Shown: piece after piece, positions 38,010 to 54,284 of the stretch
How positions within the stretch are numbered: position 1 is the stretch's first letter
Layout: the number at the start of each line of letters is the position of its first letter
NCBI RefSeq assembly: GCF_009914755.1
Contig: NC_060947.1
Strand: one strand, 5' to 3'
DNA: 64,000 nt
From: the human T2T-CHM13v2.0 reference genome, Homo sapiens
Made by a program: the position numbers and the translations under genes
The notes under the pieces: generated by a model
Told to the model about the DNA's origin: nothing
Database searches by the model: none
What the model saw: the letters and a program-made list of their open reading frames with translations, nothing else

Positions 38010-40149
38010 TGACGGCTTAGGATGTGTGTTTCTGTCTCTGCCTGTCTGCCTTGTATTTACGGTCACCCAGACGCACAGAGGAGCCGTCTCCACGCGCCTT
38101 CCCAGCGCTCAGCGCCTGCCGGGCCCCCGGAGATCACGGGAAGACTCGAGGCTGCGTGGTAGGAGACGGGAAGGCCCCGGGTCAGCTCGGTTCTGTTTCC
38201 TTTAAGGAACCCTTCATTATTATTTCATTGTTTTCCTTTGAACGTCGAGGCTTGATCTTGGCGAAAGCTGTTGGGTCCATAAAAACCACTCCCGTGAGCG
38301 GAGGTGGCCGGGATCTGGATGGGGCGCGAGGGGCCCCGGGGAAGCTGGCGGCTTCGCGGGCGCGTCCTAAGTCAAGGTTGTCAGAGCGCAGCCGGTTGTG
38401 CGCGGCCCGGGGGAGCTCCCCTCTGGCCCTTCCTCCTGAGACCTCAGTGGTGGGTCGTCCCGTGGTGGAAATCGGGGAGTAAGAGGCTCAGAGAGAGGGG
38501 CTGGCCCCGGGGATCTCTGTGCACACACGACAACTGGGCGGCATACATCTTAAGAATAAAATGGGCTGGCTGTGTCGGGGCACAGCTGGAGACGGCTATG
38601 GACGCCTGTTATGTTTTCATTACAAAGACGCAGAGAATCTAGCCTCGGCTTTTGCTGATTCGCAGAGTTGAGGTGCGAGGGTGAATGCCCCAAAGGTAAT
38701 TCTTCCTAAGACTCTGGGGCTACCTGCTCTCCGGGGCCCTGCATTTGGGGTGTGGAGTGGCCCCGGGAAATAGCCCTTGTATTCGTAGGAGGCACCAGGC
38801 AGCTTCCCAAGGCCCTGACTTTGTCGAAGCAGAAAGCTGTGGCTACGGTTTACAAAGCAGTCCCCGGTTTCTGACCGTCTAAGAGGCAGGAGCCCAGCCT
38901 GCCTTTGACAGTGAGAGGAGTTCCTCCCTACACACTGCTGCGGGCACCCGGCACTGTAATTCATACACAGAGAGTTGGCCTTCCTGGACGCAAGGCTGGG
39001 AGCCGCTTGAGGGCCTGCGTGTAATTTAAGAGGGTTCGCAGCGCCCGGCGGCCGCTTCTGTGGGGTTGCTTTTTGGTTGTCCTTCGCAGACACCGTTTTG
39101 CTCCTCTGAACTCTCTCTTCTCCCCCTGGCCGTGGACCCGGGAGAGCAAAGTGTCCTCCAGACCTTTTGAAAGTGAGAGGAAAATAAAGACCAGGCCAAA
39201 GACCCAGGGCCACAGGAGAGGAGACAGAGAGTCCCCGTTACATTTTCCCCTTGGCTGGGTGCAGAAAGACCCCCGGGCCAGGACTGCCACCCAGGCTACT
39301 ATTTATTCATCAGATCCAAGTTAAATCGAGGTTGGAGGGCAGGGGAGAGTCTGAGGTTACCGTGGAAGCCTGGAGTTTTTGGGAACAGCGTGTCCCCGCC
39401 GAGCCTGGGAGCCCGTGGGTTCTGCAAAGCCTGCGGGTGTTTGAGGACTTTGAAGACCAGTTTGTCAGTTGGGCTCAATTCCTGGGGTTCAGACTTAGAG
39501 AAATGAAGGAGGGAGAGCTGGGGTCGTCTCCAGGAAACGATTCACTTGGGGGGAAGGAATGGAGTGTTCTTGCAGGCACATGTCTGTTAGGAGGTGAAAC
39601 AGAATGTGAAATCCACGTTGGAGTAAGCGTCCAGCGCTGAATGTAGCTCGGGGTGGGGTGGGAGGGCCCTGGTGTGGATCGTGGAAGGAAGAAAGACAGA
39701 ACAGGGTGCTAGTATTTACCCCGTTCCCTGTAGACACCCTGGATTTGTCAGCTTTGCAAGCTTCTTGGTTGCAGCGGCCTTGCCTGTGCCCCTTTGAGAC
39801 TGTTTCCAGACTAAACTTCCAAATGTCAGCCCCTTACCCTTGACAGCAAGGGACATCTCATTAGGGCATCGCGTGCTTCTCATCTGTGCTCAGCAGGCCC
39901 GAGATAGGAACAGAGGGGCGTTGGAGATGCCACTTCCACCAGCCCTGGGTTGAAGGGGAGCGAGGGAGACACCTTTTACTTAAACCCCTGAGCTTGGTCA
40001 GAGAGGCTGAATGTCTAAAATGAGGAAGAAAAGGTTTTTCACCTGGAAACGCTTGAGGGCTGAGTCTTCTGCCCTTCTGACTCCCCCAGCAAATACAGAC
40101 AGGTCACCAACTACTGGAGATGAGAAAGTGCCATTTTTGGCACACTCTG

Positions 40150-41150
40150 GTGGGGTAGGTGCCCGACCGCGTGTGAAAAAGTGGGAAGGAGAGATTTCTG
40201 CGCACGCGGTTCAGCCCCCAGGCGCGGTGGCGCATTCAGGTACTCAGACGCGGTTCTGCTGTTCTGCTGAGAAACAGGCTTCGGGTAGGGGCTCCTAGCT
40301 CCGCCAGATCGCGGAGGGACCCCCAGCCCTCCTGCGCTGCAGCGGTGGGGATAGCGTCTCTCCGTAGGCCTAGAATCTGCAACCCGCCCCGGGTCCTCCC
40401 CGTGTCCTTCCCGGGCGTCCCGCCGGGGATCCCACAGTTGGCAGCTCTTCCTCAAATTCTTTCCCTTAAAAATAGGATTTGACACCCCACTCTCCTTAAA
40501 AAAAAAAATAAGAAAAAAAGGTTAGGTTATGTCAACAGAGGTGAAGTGGATAATTGAGGAAACGATTCTGAGATGAGGCCAAGAAAACAACGCTCGTGCA
40601 AAGCCCAGGTTTTTGGGAAAGCAGCGAGTATCCTCCTCGGCTTTTGCCTTATGGACCCCACGCAGTTTTTGCGTCAAAGCGCATTGGTTTTCGAGGGCCC
40701 CCTTTCCACCGCGGGATGCACGAAGGGGTTCGCCACGTTGCGCAAAACCTCCCCGGCCTCAGCCCTGTGCCCTCCGCTCCCCACGCAGGGATTTATGAAT
40801 GCAAAGAGAAGCGCGAGGACGTGAAGTCGGAGGACGAGGACGGGCAGACCAAGCTGAAACAGAGGCGCAGCCGCACCAACTTCACGCTGGAGCAGCTGAA
40901 CGAGCTCGAGCGACTCTTCGACGAGACCCATTACCCCGACGCCTTCATGCGCGAGGAGCTCAGCCAGCGCCTGGGGCTCTCCGAGGCGCGCGTGCAGGTA
41001 GGAACCCGGGGGCGGGGGCGGGGGGCCCGGAGCCATCGCCTGGTCCTCGGGAGCGCACAGCACGCGTACAGCCACCTGCGCCCGGGCCGCCGCCGTCCCC
41101 TTCCCGGAGCGCGGGGAGGTTGGGTGAGGGACGGGCTGCGGTTCCTGGAC
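40150..41150. promoter_or_regulatory. CpG island over exon 3
   Basis: CpG-dense. Confidence 0.65.
40789..40997 (+). CDS. SHOX: SHOX exon 3 (c.278-486), homeodomain helices 1-2
   Basis: Acceptor ccacgcAG|G, donor CAG|GTAGGA; encodes [10 protein letters not shown]...[46 protein letters not shown]; phase matches exon 2. Confidence 0.99.
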
Positions 41151-42024
41151 TTTTGGAGACGCCTGAGGCCTGTAGGATGGGTTCATTGCGTTTGTTTTTC
41201 ACCAACAGCAAACAAATATATATACATATATATTATACAAATAACAAATAAATATATATGTTATACAGATGGGTATATTGTATATATTATAGATATTTGT
41301 TCGTCCTTGGTGCAAAGACACCCGGTGAACCCATATATTGGCTCCTGACTGCCTTCGGTTCCCCTGGGATTGGTTATAGGGGCAACACATGCAAACAAAA
41401 CTTTCCCTGGATTATACTTAGGAGACGAAGCTACAGATGCGTTTGATCCACAGTGTTTTACAAGATTTTTCATTTAAAAAAAAATGTGTCTTTTGGCCCC
41501 TGATTCCCCTCCGTCTTCCCGTGTGGCTGCATTGAAAAGGTTTCCTTAGGATGAAAGGAGAGGGGTGTCCTCTGTCCCTAGGTGGAGAGAAACAGGGTCT
41601 TCTCTTTCCTCCGTTTTTTCACCTACCGTTTCTATCTCCCTCCTCCCCTCTCCAGCCCTGTCCTCTGCTACAAACCACCCCCTCCTCCCTCCGGCTGTGG
41701 GGAGCGCAGGAGCACGTTGGGCATCTGGATGAGCAGAGACTATTAGCGGGGCACGGGGGCTCCCCGAGGAGCGCGCGAATTCACGCTGCCCCATGAGACC
41801 AGGCACCGGGGGGCGGAGGGGCCTTGGGTGTGCGCAGAGGGACGGGCGGGCAGAGACTTCCTCCGCATTCTAAACATTCACTTAAAGGTATGAGTTTATT
41901 TCAGGGGTGCTGCTGGGAGAGCCTCCAAATGGCTTCTTCCAGCCCCTGCCTGACAGTTCAGCTCCCCTGGAAGGTCAACTCCTCTAGTCCTTTCTCCTGG
42001 TTCTGGGCAGGACAGAAGTGGGGG

Positions 42025-42061
<37 letters not shown>

Positions 42062-42299
42062 GGTCAGGATCCCCGGACCCTGGGGACCCCGTCAAAAATA
42101 AATGAAATTAAGATTGCCGACCAGAGAGAGAACCGTGACAAAGCAAACGGCGTTCAAAGCAAAGAGACGAACTGAAAGCCCGTTCCCGTAGGACTGGTTA
42201 TGAGGTCAACACATTCAAACACAGCTTGCTCTGGATTTTGCTGAGCAGAGGAAGATACAGATGCATTTGATCCAAAGTGTGTTACATCTTTCATTATAT

Positions 42300-42815
42300 G
42301 TGTGTCTATATATATAAACATATATAAATATATAAACATACATAAATGTATGTAAATATATATAATCTATATACATATATAAATATATAAACACATATAT
42401 AATATATAAATTTATAAACATATATAATATATAAACATAAATATATAAACATATATAATATATAAATATATTAACATATATAAAATATGTATAAATATAT
42501 ATAAACATATAAACATATATAAATATATAAACATATAAATATATAAACATATATAAATATATACAAACATATTGTATATATATAAATATATATAAAAACA
42601 TATATATACATATAAAAATATATATAAACATATATACATATAAAGAAATATATATAAACATATATACATATAAATATACATATATAAACATATATATACA
42701 TAAAATATATATATAAACATATATATACATATAAAAATATATATATATTAACATATATATACATATAAAAATATATATATTAACATATATATACATATAA
42801 AAATATATATATATT
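42300..42815. repeat. AT-rich (ATATATAAAC)-like minisatellite in intron 3
   Basis: Visible directly. Confidence 0.9.
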
Positions 42816-43249
42816 TTTGGCCCCTGATTCCCTTCGGTTCCTGTGGGATGGGTGATTGAGTCAACACATTCAAACACAACTTTTCCATTGATGTTGCTTA
42901 GGAGATGAGGATACAGATGCGTTTGATGGAGAGGGTTTTACAAGCTCTTTCATTTAAATATATATATATATATATATTTTTTTTGGCTCCTGATTCTCTT
43001 CCGTCTTCCCATGTGGCTGCATTTTAAAAGGCTTCCCTAAGATCGTTACGATTAAATCAACCCTCCCCAGGCATCTTTACCGAGGGCTGTGGTCCCCAAA
43101 GCGATACAGCCCAGGAGGGAGAGAGGCTTTGGTGACTTGGAGGAAGGACTGTGTCCCTCCTTAGGGCGTCTGTGGCCTCAGTGAGGGAAGGAAGCTGCAT
43201 CAGACAGGGGTTTCCTCGCTGTCCACCCCTCTGGCAGAAGATGGATTGG

Positions 43250-44270
43250 GCTGCCCCGTATAAATTAATGAAAAGATTAAAGTTTCGCTAAAGGGGACAT
43301 CGAGTTTATGTGTCATCTCCTGGTGTCTGTGTGCCTGGGATCTGCAATATATCCCAGCCCTTGATGTACTGTTTCTATAAAAATAAATTACTTGTAATTT
43401 AATTCCACACTATTTCTTTCCGTAGTCTATTACCGACGAGAGCACGTTAGTTCAGCTGCGGAAAATTGGTTGTGGGGTGTGTGCGGACCCCGAGAACGCC
43501 CTAAAATAAAGACAAATCGGGGACAAGCTGGGGGTTATCGATTGCAGGGGTCGCATGAAAATTTAACGACGGTAAATAATAATAAAAACAAACATGGGAA
43601 TGCAATAAAAGACATAATTCTCCATCGCCGCGGGGGGAAAGGATCCTATAGTAAAGGCGAGTGCGCTTTGAGGGGTCATAAAAATCAATTAGTTCCAACA
43701 CCCACGTCCCGCGTTGAGGGGACGGGGACGAGCAGGGACAGAAAAAGAAACCATATTTGAATCCCATCTCTCTGTGAATTCTTGGGTCACATGCGTCTCA
43801 GTACAGCCCGTCCCGTGCTGTGACCGGATAGAGTTTCAATTTACTGTGGAAATTTGCTGTAAATAAATTGAGCATCCGATAGAAGCTGTTGCTGATTAAC
43901 CTTTTATTTTTAGCGTGGCCCTGCAAAGTCGTATCACCCAGCTGTCAGGCTTCTAATCGAAAGTTATGAGACCACGGTGAGGGGCAGGCGGTAATTTAAT
44001 TACAACAAATATCTTTGGGTTTATGGCGCAGAGCTAAATTAAATGTCATTATTCACTGTCTGTAATGGAAATCAAAAGGAAATCGCATTACGGCATTTGG
44101 GAAAGAAAGCGGGGAGTGCTCTTTAATGAAGAAATAACTGTCTTAAGCAGTGTCACACACTTCACTTACCATATTCGGGCCTAATTGGAATGGATCGTGA
44201 ATCACTCCAAGACTGATTTATTAGCGCTTCACGCAGCGGCTAATTCATCACTTGTATTCTTCATCATTTT
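43250..44270. promoter_or_regulatory. Intron 3 candidate developmental enhancer (homeodomain-site cluster)
   Basis: Non-repetitive; TAATTTAATTA 43992-44002, TTTATGG 44020-44026, TGATTTAT 44214-44221, CTGTCA 43942-43947, several TAATT. Confidence 0.55.
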
Positions 44271-45730
44271 TTTTTTTTCCTCTCGCCGTGTTGAAGGGAG
44301 AGTGAATGAGGCTTTCCACGTTTCAGGAGGATTTTCTTTTTTGAAAAATGCCCTTCCAGAGGCTTTTGGGTGGCTGGCTTGCTTTCTGGGCCCTGGAGGA
44401 GACAGGCGGAGAGTCCAGGTGGGCATGGAGAGGCACAGTGGCAGGTCACCTGGATGGTCAGTGGAGGTGGAGGTCTGAAGGCGCCAGCTTTGGAAATTAT
44501 TGGTGAATTTCGATGTCAGCACCAGGCAGGGGCCTTTTTGGCGGGGGTGTGAGGGAGGATGACTTTGCTGGGAAACAGGATCAGGTTCTCCAGGCGCACT
44601 GCAGCCCGGTAGGACCCACTTTGGAAATGAAAAGCCAGTTCCGAAAGCTGGGCTGGAAGCTTCCGTGTTGGGTTCAAGAGCAAGTTCACGTTGCGCTGTG
44701 TAGACTCCTGGCTGCTCCCAAACTCTGAGGGTTTTCTGAGGTTCCCTTCATAGGGGCACCGGCCCTGGGCCATGCACAGTGCGTAAGGGTGGCTGTGGGC
44801 CGAGGGACCCAGCACGTGTTTTGCCCACAACAGCCGGAGTGACTGGTTCACTCACCGCCTTGGCGGAGGACGCCTGTTCTCTGGACGAATCATTTCTCTT
44901 GGGTGGTGACTGCCTTGTGGGTCAAGGTGCAGGTTTTCTGCCACAGAAAACCTGTTAGGAGGAATTAAGCGACTAAGACTGTCAGGGAGGTGGTGGTGGG
45001 GGAGAGGAGGGGGTGGTGTCCAGATTACCAGGCATAGGCTAAACTGCCTGCACTCTCCAGCTGGTCTGTCTGTGGAGGAGGGGATTGTCAATACTGGGAG
45101 AGCAGAGGAGGCTCGTAGGAGGTGAGAGGGGGTGGAATTTGCATGCAAATCTTCACATGAGGCCTGTGTGAATTTCTCCAGCCTCCTGAGGGTCCCCTGT
45201 GCTATTGCACTCAACTTCTTGATAGTTTACCCCAAGACTCAGAAGTCCTTAGAGGGGCAGAATGCCCCCACCACAAAGCCTGCTATCCTTGGGCGTCCTC
45301 AGGACCCTTGGTCATGAATGGGACCCTTTCATGTATGGGGACCCTTGGTAATATGAATGGGACGCCTTCAGCTCCCCAGGGCTTCCGAGGAGGCCGAGAA
45401 GGGCAAAGACACTTCCGAGGAGGCCGAGAAGGGCAAAGACATTTTCTGGGCTTGGTGTGTCAAGAGCTAGATTGGAGAAGGGGCTGGATTTGGAACTCTT
45501 TAGCCATCAGCTCACCCTCTCCGTTTGTGGCTAAAGTCTGAAGGTGGAAACTTCGGTTCTCCTACAGGGTCTACAGGAGTTGGGGGGCGGGGCGCCCACA
45601 CAGAACGCTGGAAAGTTCGACAGTCCACTTCCACTGGCTCGGAACTCACTTTTTCACCTTAAGTTCATCAGCGGTAACGCATAGGTCTCACTTAGGCAGG
45701 GCACGGATGATTTAACAATTTCTACTTCTA

Positions 45731-46984
<1,254 letters not shown>

Positions 46985-47009
46985 TGACACCTGCTCCCTT
47001 TGGACACAG

Positions 47010-47098
47010 GCGTCATCTTGGGCACAGCCAACCACCTAGACGCCTGCCGAGTGGCACCCTACGTCAACATGGGAGCCTTACGGATGCCTTTCCAACAG
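47010..47098 (+). CDS. SHOX: SHOX exon 5 (c.545-633)
   Basis: Acceptor ggacacAG|, donor CAG|GTAGCT; encodes [30 protein letters not shown]. Confidence 0.99.
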
Positions 47099-47290
47099 GT
47101 AGCTCACTTTTTCTTCCTCTGAAGATCCCTAGGGACCTGCTGCTCCCTTCCCCTTTCCCCTATTTGCTGCCGCATCCTGACACTCCTAGTCCCTCCCTGC
47201 CCCTGCAGACTTCTCAGCTGGCCCTTAGAAAAAAAGCCTCTTTTCCGAGGAGGCATTTACAGGCACCTTGGCACCTATGAAATCAGGCTG

Positions 47291-47716
<426 letters not shown>

Positions 47717-48704
47717 TCAGGCTGTAAAAATCCACTTTTGGGAAGGTGAACACACACAAGCCCAAACAGAAATCTGACAAAAACCAGAGGGGTGAAAAGT
47801 CCACACAGTCAGGCACCCCCACCTGGCTTGCTGCCTGGTTAAGAAGGGCGCAGATGCCTGTGCCTGGATACCAGAGATGGGACAGACACCCATTCCCTTT
47901 TCATCACCACCCCCGAGTGCCCGAGGGCCTGGGGCGTCTGCCTGGCCCCTGGCCCCTGGCTTGGGCTCTGCACCTCTGAGCTGGAGACACCCTACTCAGC
48001 TCCCCACTTACTTTGGAGTGAGCAGCGCTTGGGTGCCCAGCGTGGATTTGGGGCTTCCAGGGAGTCGGGGTTCGGTCGCGGAGCCCAAGCTTCCCAAGGG
48101 CGCCCCCGCCCTGCCCTGGCTTAGTGGTGGGGATGGGATGGGGGGAAGCGGGGAGCTGCGTGGAAGGAGGTGAAGGGTCACAGGAGGAGAGAGCGCAGCG
48201 CCCACGTGCGCCCTGCCTGAACGCGCAGCGCAGCGCCCGGCTGCGGTGCCCCTTGCCCCTTCGGTCCCTAATTTGGGGATCGGGAGTGCATGCGCGGGCG
48301 GAACGGGCTTGGGGGGGGGGCTCTGGCAGGGCGGACGCGTGGCCTCCCTTCTTCACCGTTTTATTCCAAGGGGACAGGCTGGGGATTGTATTTGGGCGCG
48401 TGTTTGGCTGAGGGTGCAGGGACTTGGGGGGTGGCGGTGGGGAGCGCGGAAGGTATAAACGTATAAATCATAAGTAAACAACTCAGAAATGGACCCCGAG
48501 CGCTGGTCGCCGCTAGCTCTCCAGCTCTCCCTGGCCCAGGCCCGAAGGAGAGGGGTCCGCATCCCTCCGCGGTTCTCCTCTCCTGGGTACCTGGCCTTGA
48601 GGTGGGGGAACGAGCCTACTTCTTGTACCGTCTTTTGCCGACGGCGGGACCCAGTGAAATTAGGCCGTTGGAGCCCGCAGGCCTGCCTGGCTTTGCGCAC
48701 CGGA

Positions 48705-50043
48705 GTCTTGGGGACCTGGTGTCCCCGGGAAAAACTTGGGGACCTGGTATCCCCGGGAGAGGCTTGGGGACCTGGTGTCCCGGGAGAGGCTTGGGTACCT
48801 GGTTTCTCTGGAAGAGGCTTGGACACCTGGTGTCCTGGGAGGGCCTTTGGGACCTGGTGTCCTGGGAGAGGCTTGGAGATCTGTTGTCCTGGGAGAGGCT
48901 TGGGGACCTGGTGTCCCTGGAGAGGCTTGGGGACCTGGTGACCTTGGAGAGGCTTGGAGACCTGGTGTTCTGGGAGAGGCTTGGGGACCTGGTGTTCTGG
49001 GAGAGGCTTGGGGACCTGGTGTCTCTGGAAGAGGCTTGGACACCTGGTGACCCGGGAGGGCCTTGGGGATCTGGTGTCCCGGGAGAGCCTTGGGGACCTG
49101 GTGTCCTGGGAGAGGCTTGGGGACCTGGTGACCTTGGAGAGGCTTGGGGACCTGGTGTCCTGAGAGAGCCTTGGGGATCTGGTGTCCCAGGAGAGGCTTG
49201 GGGACCTGGTGTCTCTGGAAGAGGCTTGGACACCTGGTGTCCTGGGGAGAGGCTTGGGGACCTGGTGTCCTGGGAGAGGCTTGGGGACCTGGTGTCCTGG
49301 GAGAGGCTTGGAGATCTGGTGAGCCGGGAGAGGCTTGGGGACCTGGTGTCCCGGGAGAGGCTTGGGGACTTGGTGTCCCGGGAGAGGCTTGAACACCTGG
49401 TGTCCCAGGAGAGGCTTGGGGACCTGGTGACCTTGGAGAGGCCTGGGGACCTGGTGACCCGGGAGAGCCTTGGGGACCTGGTGTCCTGGGGAGAGCCTTG
49501 GGGACCTGGTGACCTTGGAGAGGCTTGGGGACCTGGTGTCTCGGGAGTGCCTTGGGGACCTAGTGACCCGGGAGAGGCTTGGGGACCTGGTGTCCCGGGA
49601 GAGGCTTGGGGACCTGGTGTCCTGGGAGAGCCTTGGGGATCTGGTGTCCTGGGGAGAGGCTGGGGGACCTGGTGTCTCGGGAGAGAGCCTTGGGGACCTG
49701 GTGACCCGGGAGAGGCTTGGACACCTGGTGTCCCGGGAGAGGCTTGGGGACCTGGTGACCCGGGAGAGCCTTGGGGACCTGGTGTCCTGGGGAGAGGCTG
49801 GGGGACCTGGTGTCTCGGGAGAGAGCCTTGGGGACCTGGTGACCCGGGAGAGGCTTGGACACCTGGTGTCCCGGGAGAGGCTTGGGAGCCTGGTGTCCCG
49901 GGAGAGCCTTGGGGACCAGGTGACCTTGGAGAGGCTTGGGGACCTGGTGATCTTGGAGAGGCTTGGGGACCTGGTGTCTCGGGAGAGCCTTGGTGACCTG
50001 GGGACCCGGGAGAGGCTTGGGGACCTGGTGTCCCCGGGAGAGG
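48705..50043. repeat. 27-bp GC-rich minisatellite in intron 5 (roughly 49 copies)
   Basis: Unit GAGGCTTGGGGACCTGGTGTCCCGGGA; period 27 (e.g. 49574, 49601). Confidence 0.97.
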
Positions 50044-50049
50044 TTACGG

Positions 50050-51320
50050 GGGCTGGTTGGGGGAGAGAACGTTGTGAGCCAAAGTCCCTGAATCCCTGCG
50101 AAGAGAGCGCATCGGGAGCTCCCCCTGAGGGCGTTCCATTTGTGGACCCCCCTCCCATGCGCTTTGCAGGGAGCTGTTCGGATTCCCCTGGCCCGGCTCC
50201 CGCGGATGCATCCAGTGGCAGCGCCAATTCTGGGCCAGGGGGAAGGAGGAAAGGCGGGTGTGGGGTGGTCTCCACGGCTGGAGAAGGGGCGACGCTCCCT
50301 AGGGGAGAAGAGGCACGTTGGAGGTTTCCGGGGGCGCGGGGCGGAGCAGGCCCCCCAGTCCCCATCCTGCGCCCTCACCCCGCCGGGTCCGCTCCCGCAG
50401 GTCCAGGCTCAGCTGCAGCTGGAAGGCGTGGCCCACGCGCACCCGCACCTGCACCCGCACCTGGCGGCGCACGCGCCCTACCTGATGTTCCCCCCGCCGC
50501 CCTTCGGGCTGCCCATCGCGTCGCTGGCCGAGTCCGCCTCGGCCGCCGCCGTGGTCGCCGCCGCCGCCAAAAGCAACAGCAAGAATTCCAGCATCGCCGA
50601 CCTGCGGCTCAAGGCGCGGAAGCACGCGGAGGCCCTGGGGCTCTGACCCGCCGCGCAGCCCCCCGCGCGCCCGGACTCCCGGGCTCCGCGCACCCCGCCT
50701 GCACCGCGCGTCCTGCACTCAACCCCGCCTGGAGCTCCTTCCGCGGCCACCGTGCTCCGGGCACCCCGGGAGCTCCTGCAAGAGGCCTGAGGAGGGAGGC
50801 TCCCGGGACCGTCCACGCACGACCCAGCCAGACCCTCGCGGAGATGGTGCAGAAGGCGGAGCGGGTGAGCGGCCGTGCGTCCAGCCCGGGCCTCTCCAAG
50901 GCTGCCCGTGCGTCCTGGGACCCTGGAGAAGGGTAAACCCCCGCCTGGCTGCGTCTTCCTCTGCTATACCCTATGCATGCGGTTAACTACACACGTTTGG
51001 AAGATCCTTAGAGTCTATTGAAACTGCAAAGATCCCGGAGCTGGTCTCCGATGAAAATGCCATTTCTTCGTTGCCAACGATTTTCTTTACTACCATGCTC
51101 CTTCCTTCATCCCGAGAGGCTGCGGAACGGGTGTGGATTTGAATGTGGACTTCGGAATCCCAGGAGGCAGGGGCCGGGCTCTCCTCCACCGCTCCCCCGG
51201 AGCCTCCCAGGCAGCAATAAGGAAATAGTTCTCTGGCTGAGGCTGAGGACGTGAACCGCGGGCTTTGGAAAGGGAGGGGAGGGAGACCCGAACCTCCCAC
51301 GTTGGGACTCCCACGTTCCG
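50050..51320. promoter_or_regulatory. CpG island over exon 6a
   Basis: CpG-dense. Confidence 0.7.
50401..50646 (+). CDS. SHOX: SHOX exon 6a coding part (c.634-879), OAR domain, stop TGA
   Basis: Acceptor ctcccgcAG|; encodes VQAQLQLEG...[22 protein letters not shown]; exon lengths 277+209+58+89+246=879 nt = 292 aa. Confidence 0.99.
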   Translation, partial: VQAQLQLEGVAHAHPHLHPHLAAHAPYLMFPPPPFGLPIASLAESASAAAVVAAAAKSNSKNSSIADLRLKARKHAEALGL

Positions 51321-51398
51321 GGGACCTGAATGAGGACCGACTTTATAACTTTTCCAGTGTTTGATTCCCAAATTGGGTCTGGTTTTGTTTTGGATTGG

Positions 51399-51430
<32 letters not shown>

Positions 51431-51677
51431 GTTACAGGATTCAGACGCAAAAGACTTGCATAAGAGACGGACGCGTGGTTGCAAGGTGTCATACTGATAT
51501 GCAGCATTAACTTTACTGACATGGAGTGAAGTGCAATATTATAAATATTATAGATTAAAAAAAAAATAGCCGTGCACTCTTGACCCCGTCAGCGTCCAAC
51601 GTGGAAAAGGCGTTACCTCTTCTCCCAGCGCTGGCCGCCTGGCCACTGAGGGCCCTTTGCAAAAATCACGGGTGTAG

Positions 51678-52162
<485 letters not shown>

Positions 52163-53049
52163 GTGCCCCCAGTTTTATAAACAGCAGATAGCAACTTGTC
52201 GTCACAGCTGGCATGGGCTGGACAGTTGCTTGAAATGACCTAACCAAAAACATTCAAGGGTTCTGCCCCCAGATTTCGGGAGATCCACGTTCCATGTTCT
52301 GATTGGTTTTCTGGGAACACAGCAAGGGGTTTGGTGACCTCCGAGAAGATCCATCTGCATGATTGGCATTAGTTACCACAGCCTGCCCAGAGAGAAACTA
52401 TCTTCTCCCAACATTTACTAACATCCACTGGTCAACTCTCTTATTTCCATAACACATTTGCATCTTTCTGGATTCAAGCTTGGTGGTTTTCTTTCCTAAC
52501 TTCTGATTTAGATACTTCTCCCTGAGGTGGGGATAAAAGAAAAAAAAAACAACTTCTTTTTTTCTTCCGCATAACACTTTCTATCTTGTCACTCAGCTGA
52601 ACTGTAGATCCATTTGGACCCGTCTCATTTGTATCTTCTGATATTCTTTATACAAACCAAAAGTCCCCTTCAACATTTTTTATGTCAAAATGTTACAACC
52701 GCTGTAAAATGACGGAGAGAGAGAGAAAGAATCCCAGACATTAACGGTATTAGAGAGTTTGCCTCATTCATCCATTTTTTTTAAAAGCTGGAAATTTAAA
52801 AAAAAAGAGAGAGAGAGAGGCTTTAATAGTTAAGCTGAAATTTTTATCGAAAAGAAGAATTGCATTTTGAATCTTTGGGAAGTAGGTTCATTCATCAGAG
52901 TATGTAACCCTTTGGAAAAGTGGTTGGTAAGATATGTACAGCCCTAGATTTTTTTTTTTTAACCAAAAAGGCTGAGTAATTTTGAAAAATCGAAACATAA
53001 CAGTGTGTCATCATTTCCTCCCAAGAAAAAGCTCACTCCACGTGAGTAG

Positions 53050-54284
<1,235 letters not shown>

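Noticed and set aside
41008-41025. G5-C-G5-C-G6 after the exon 3 donor as a G-quadruplex
   Set aside because: Only three long G runs; typical intronic G-run splicing enhancer context
48353-50936. 464-670 aa repetitive ORFs on both strands
   Set aside because: The 27-bp unit is a multiple of three, so open frames arise automatically; the region is SHOX intron 5
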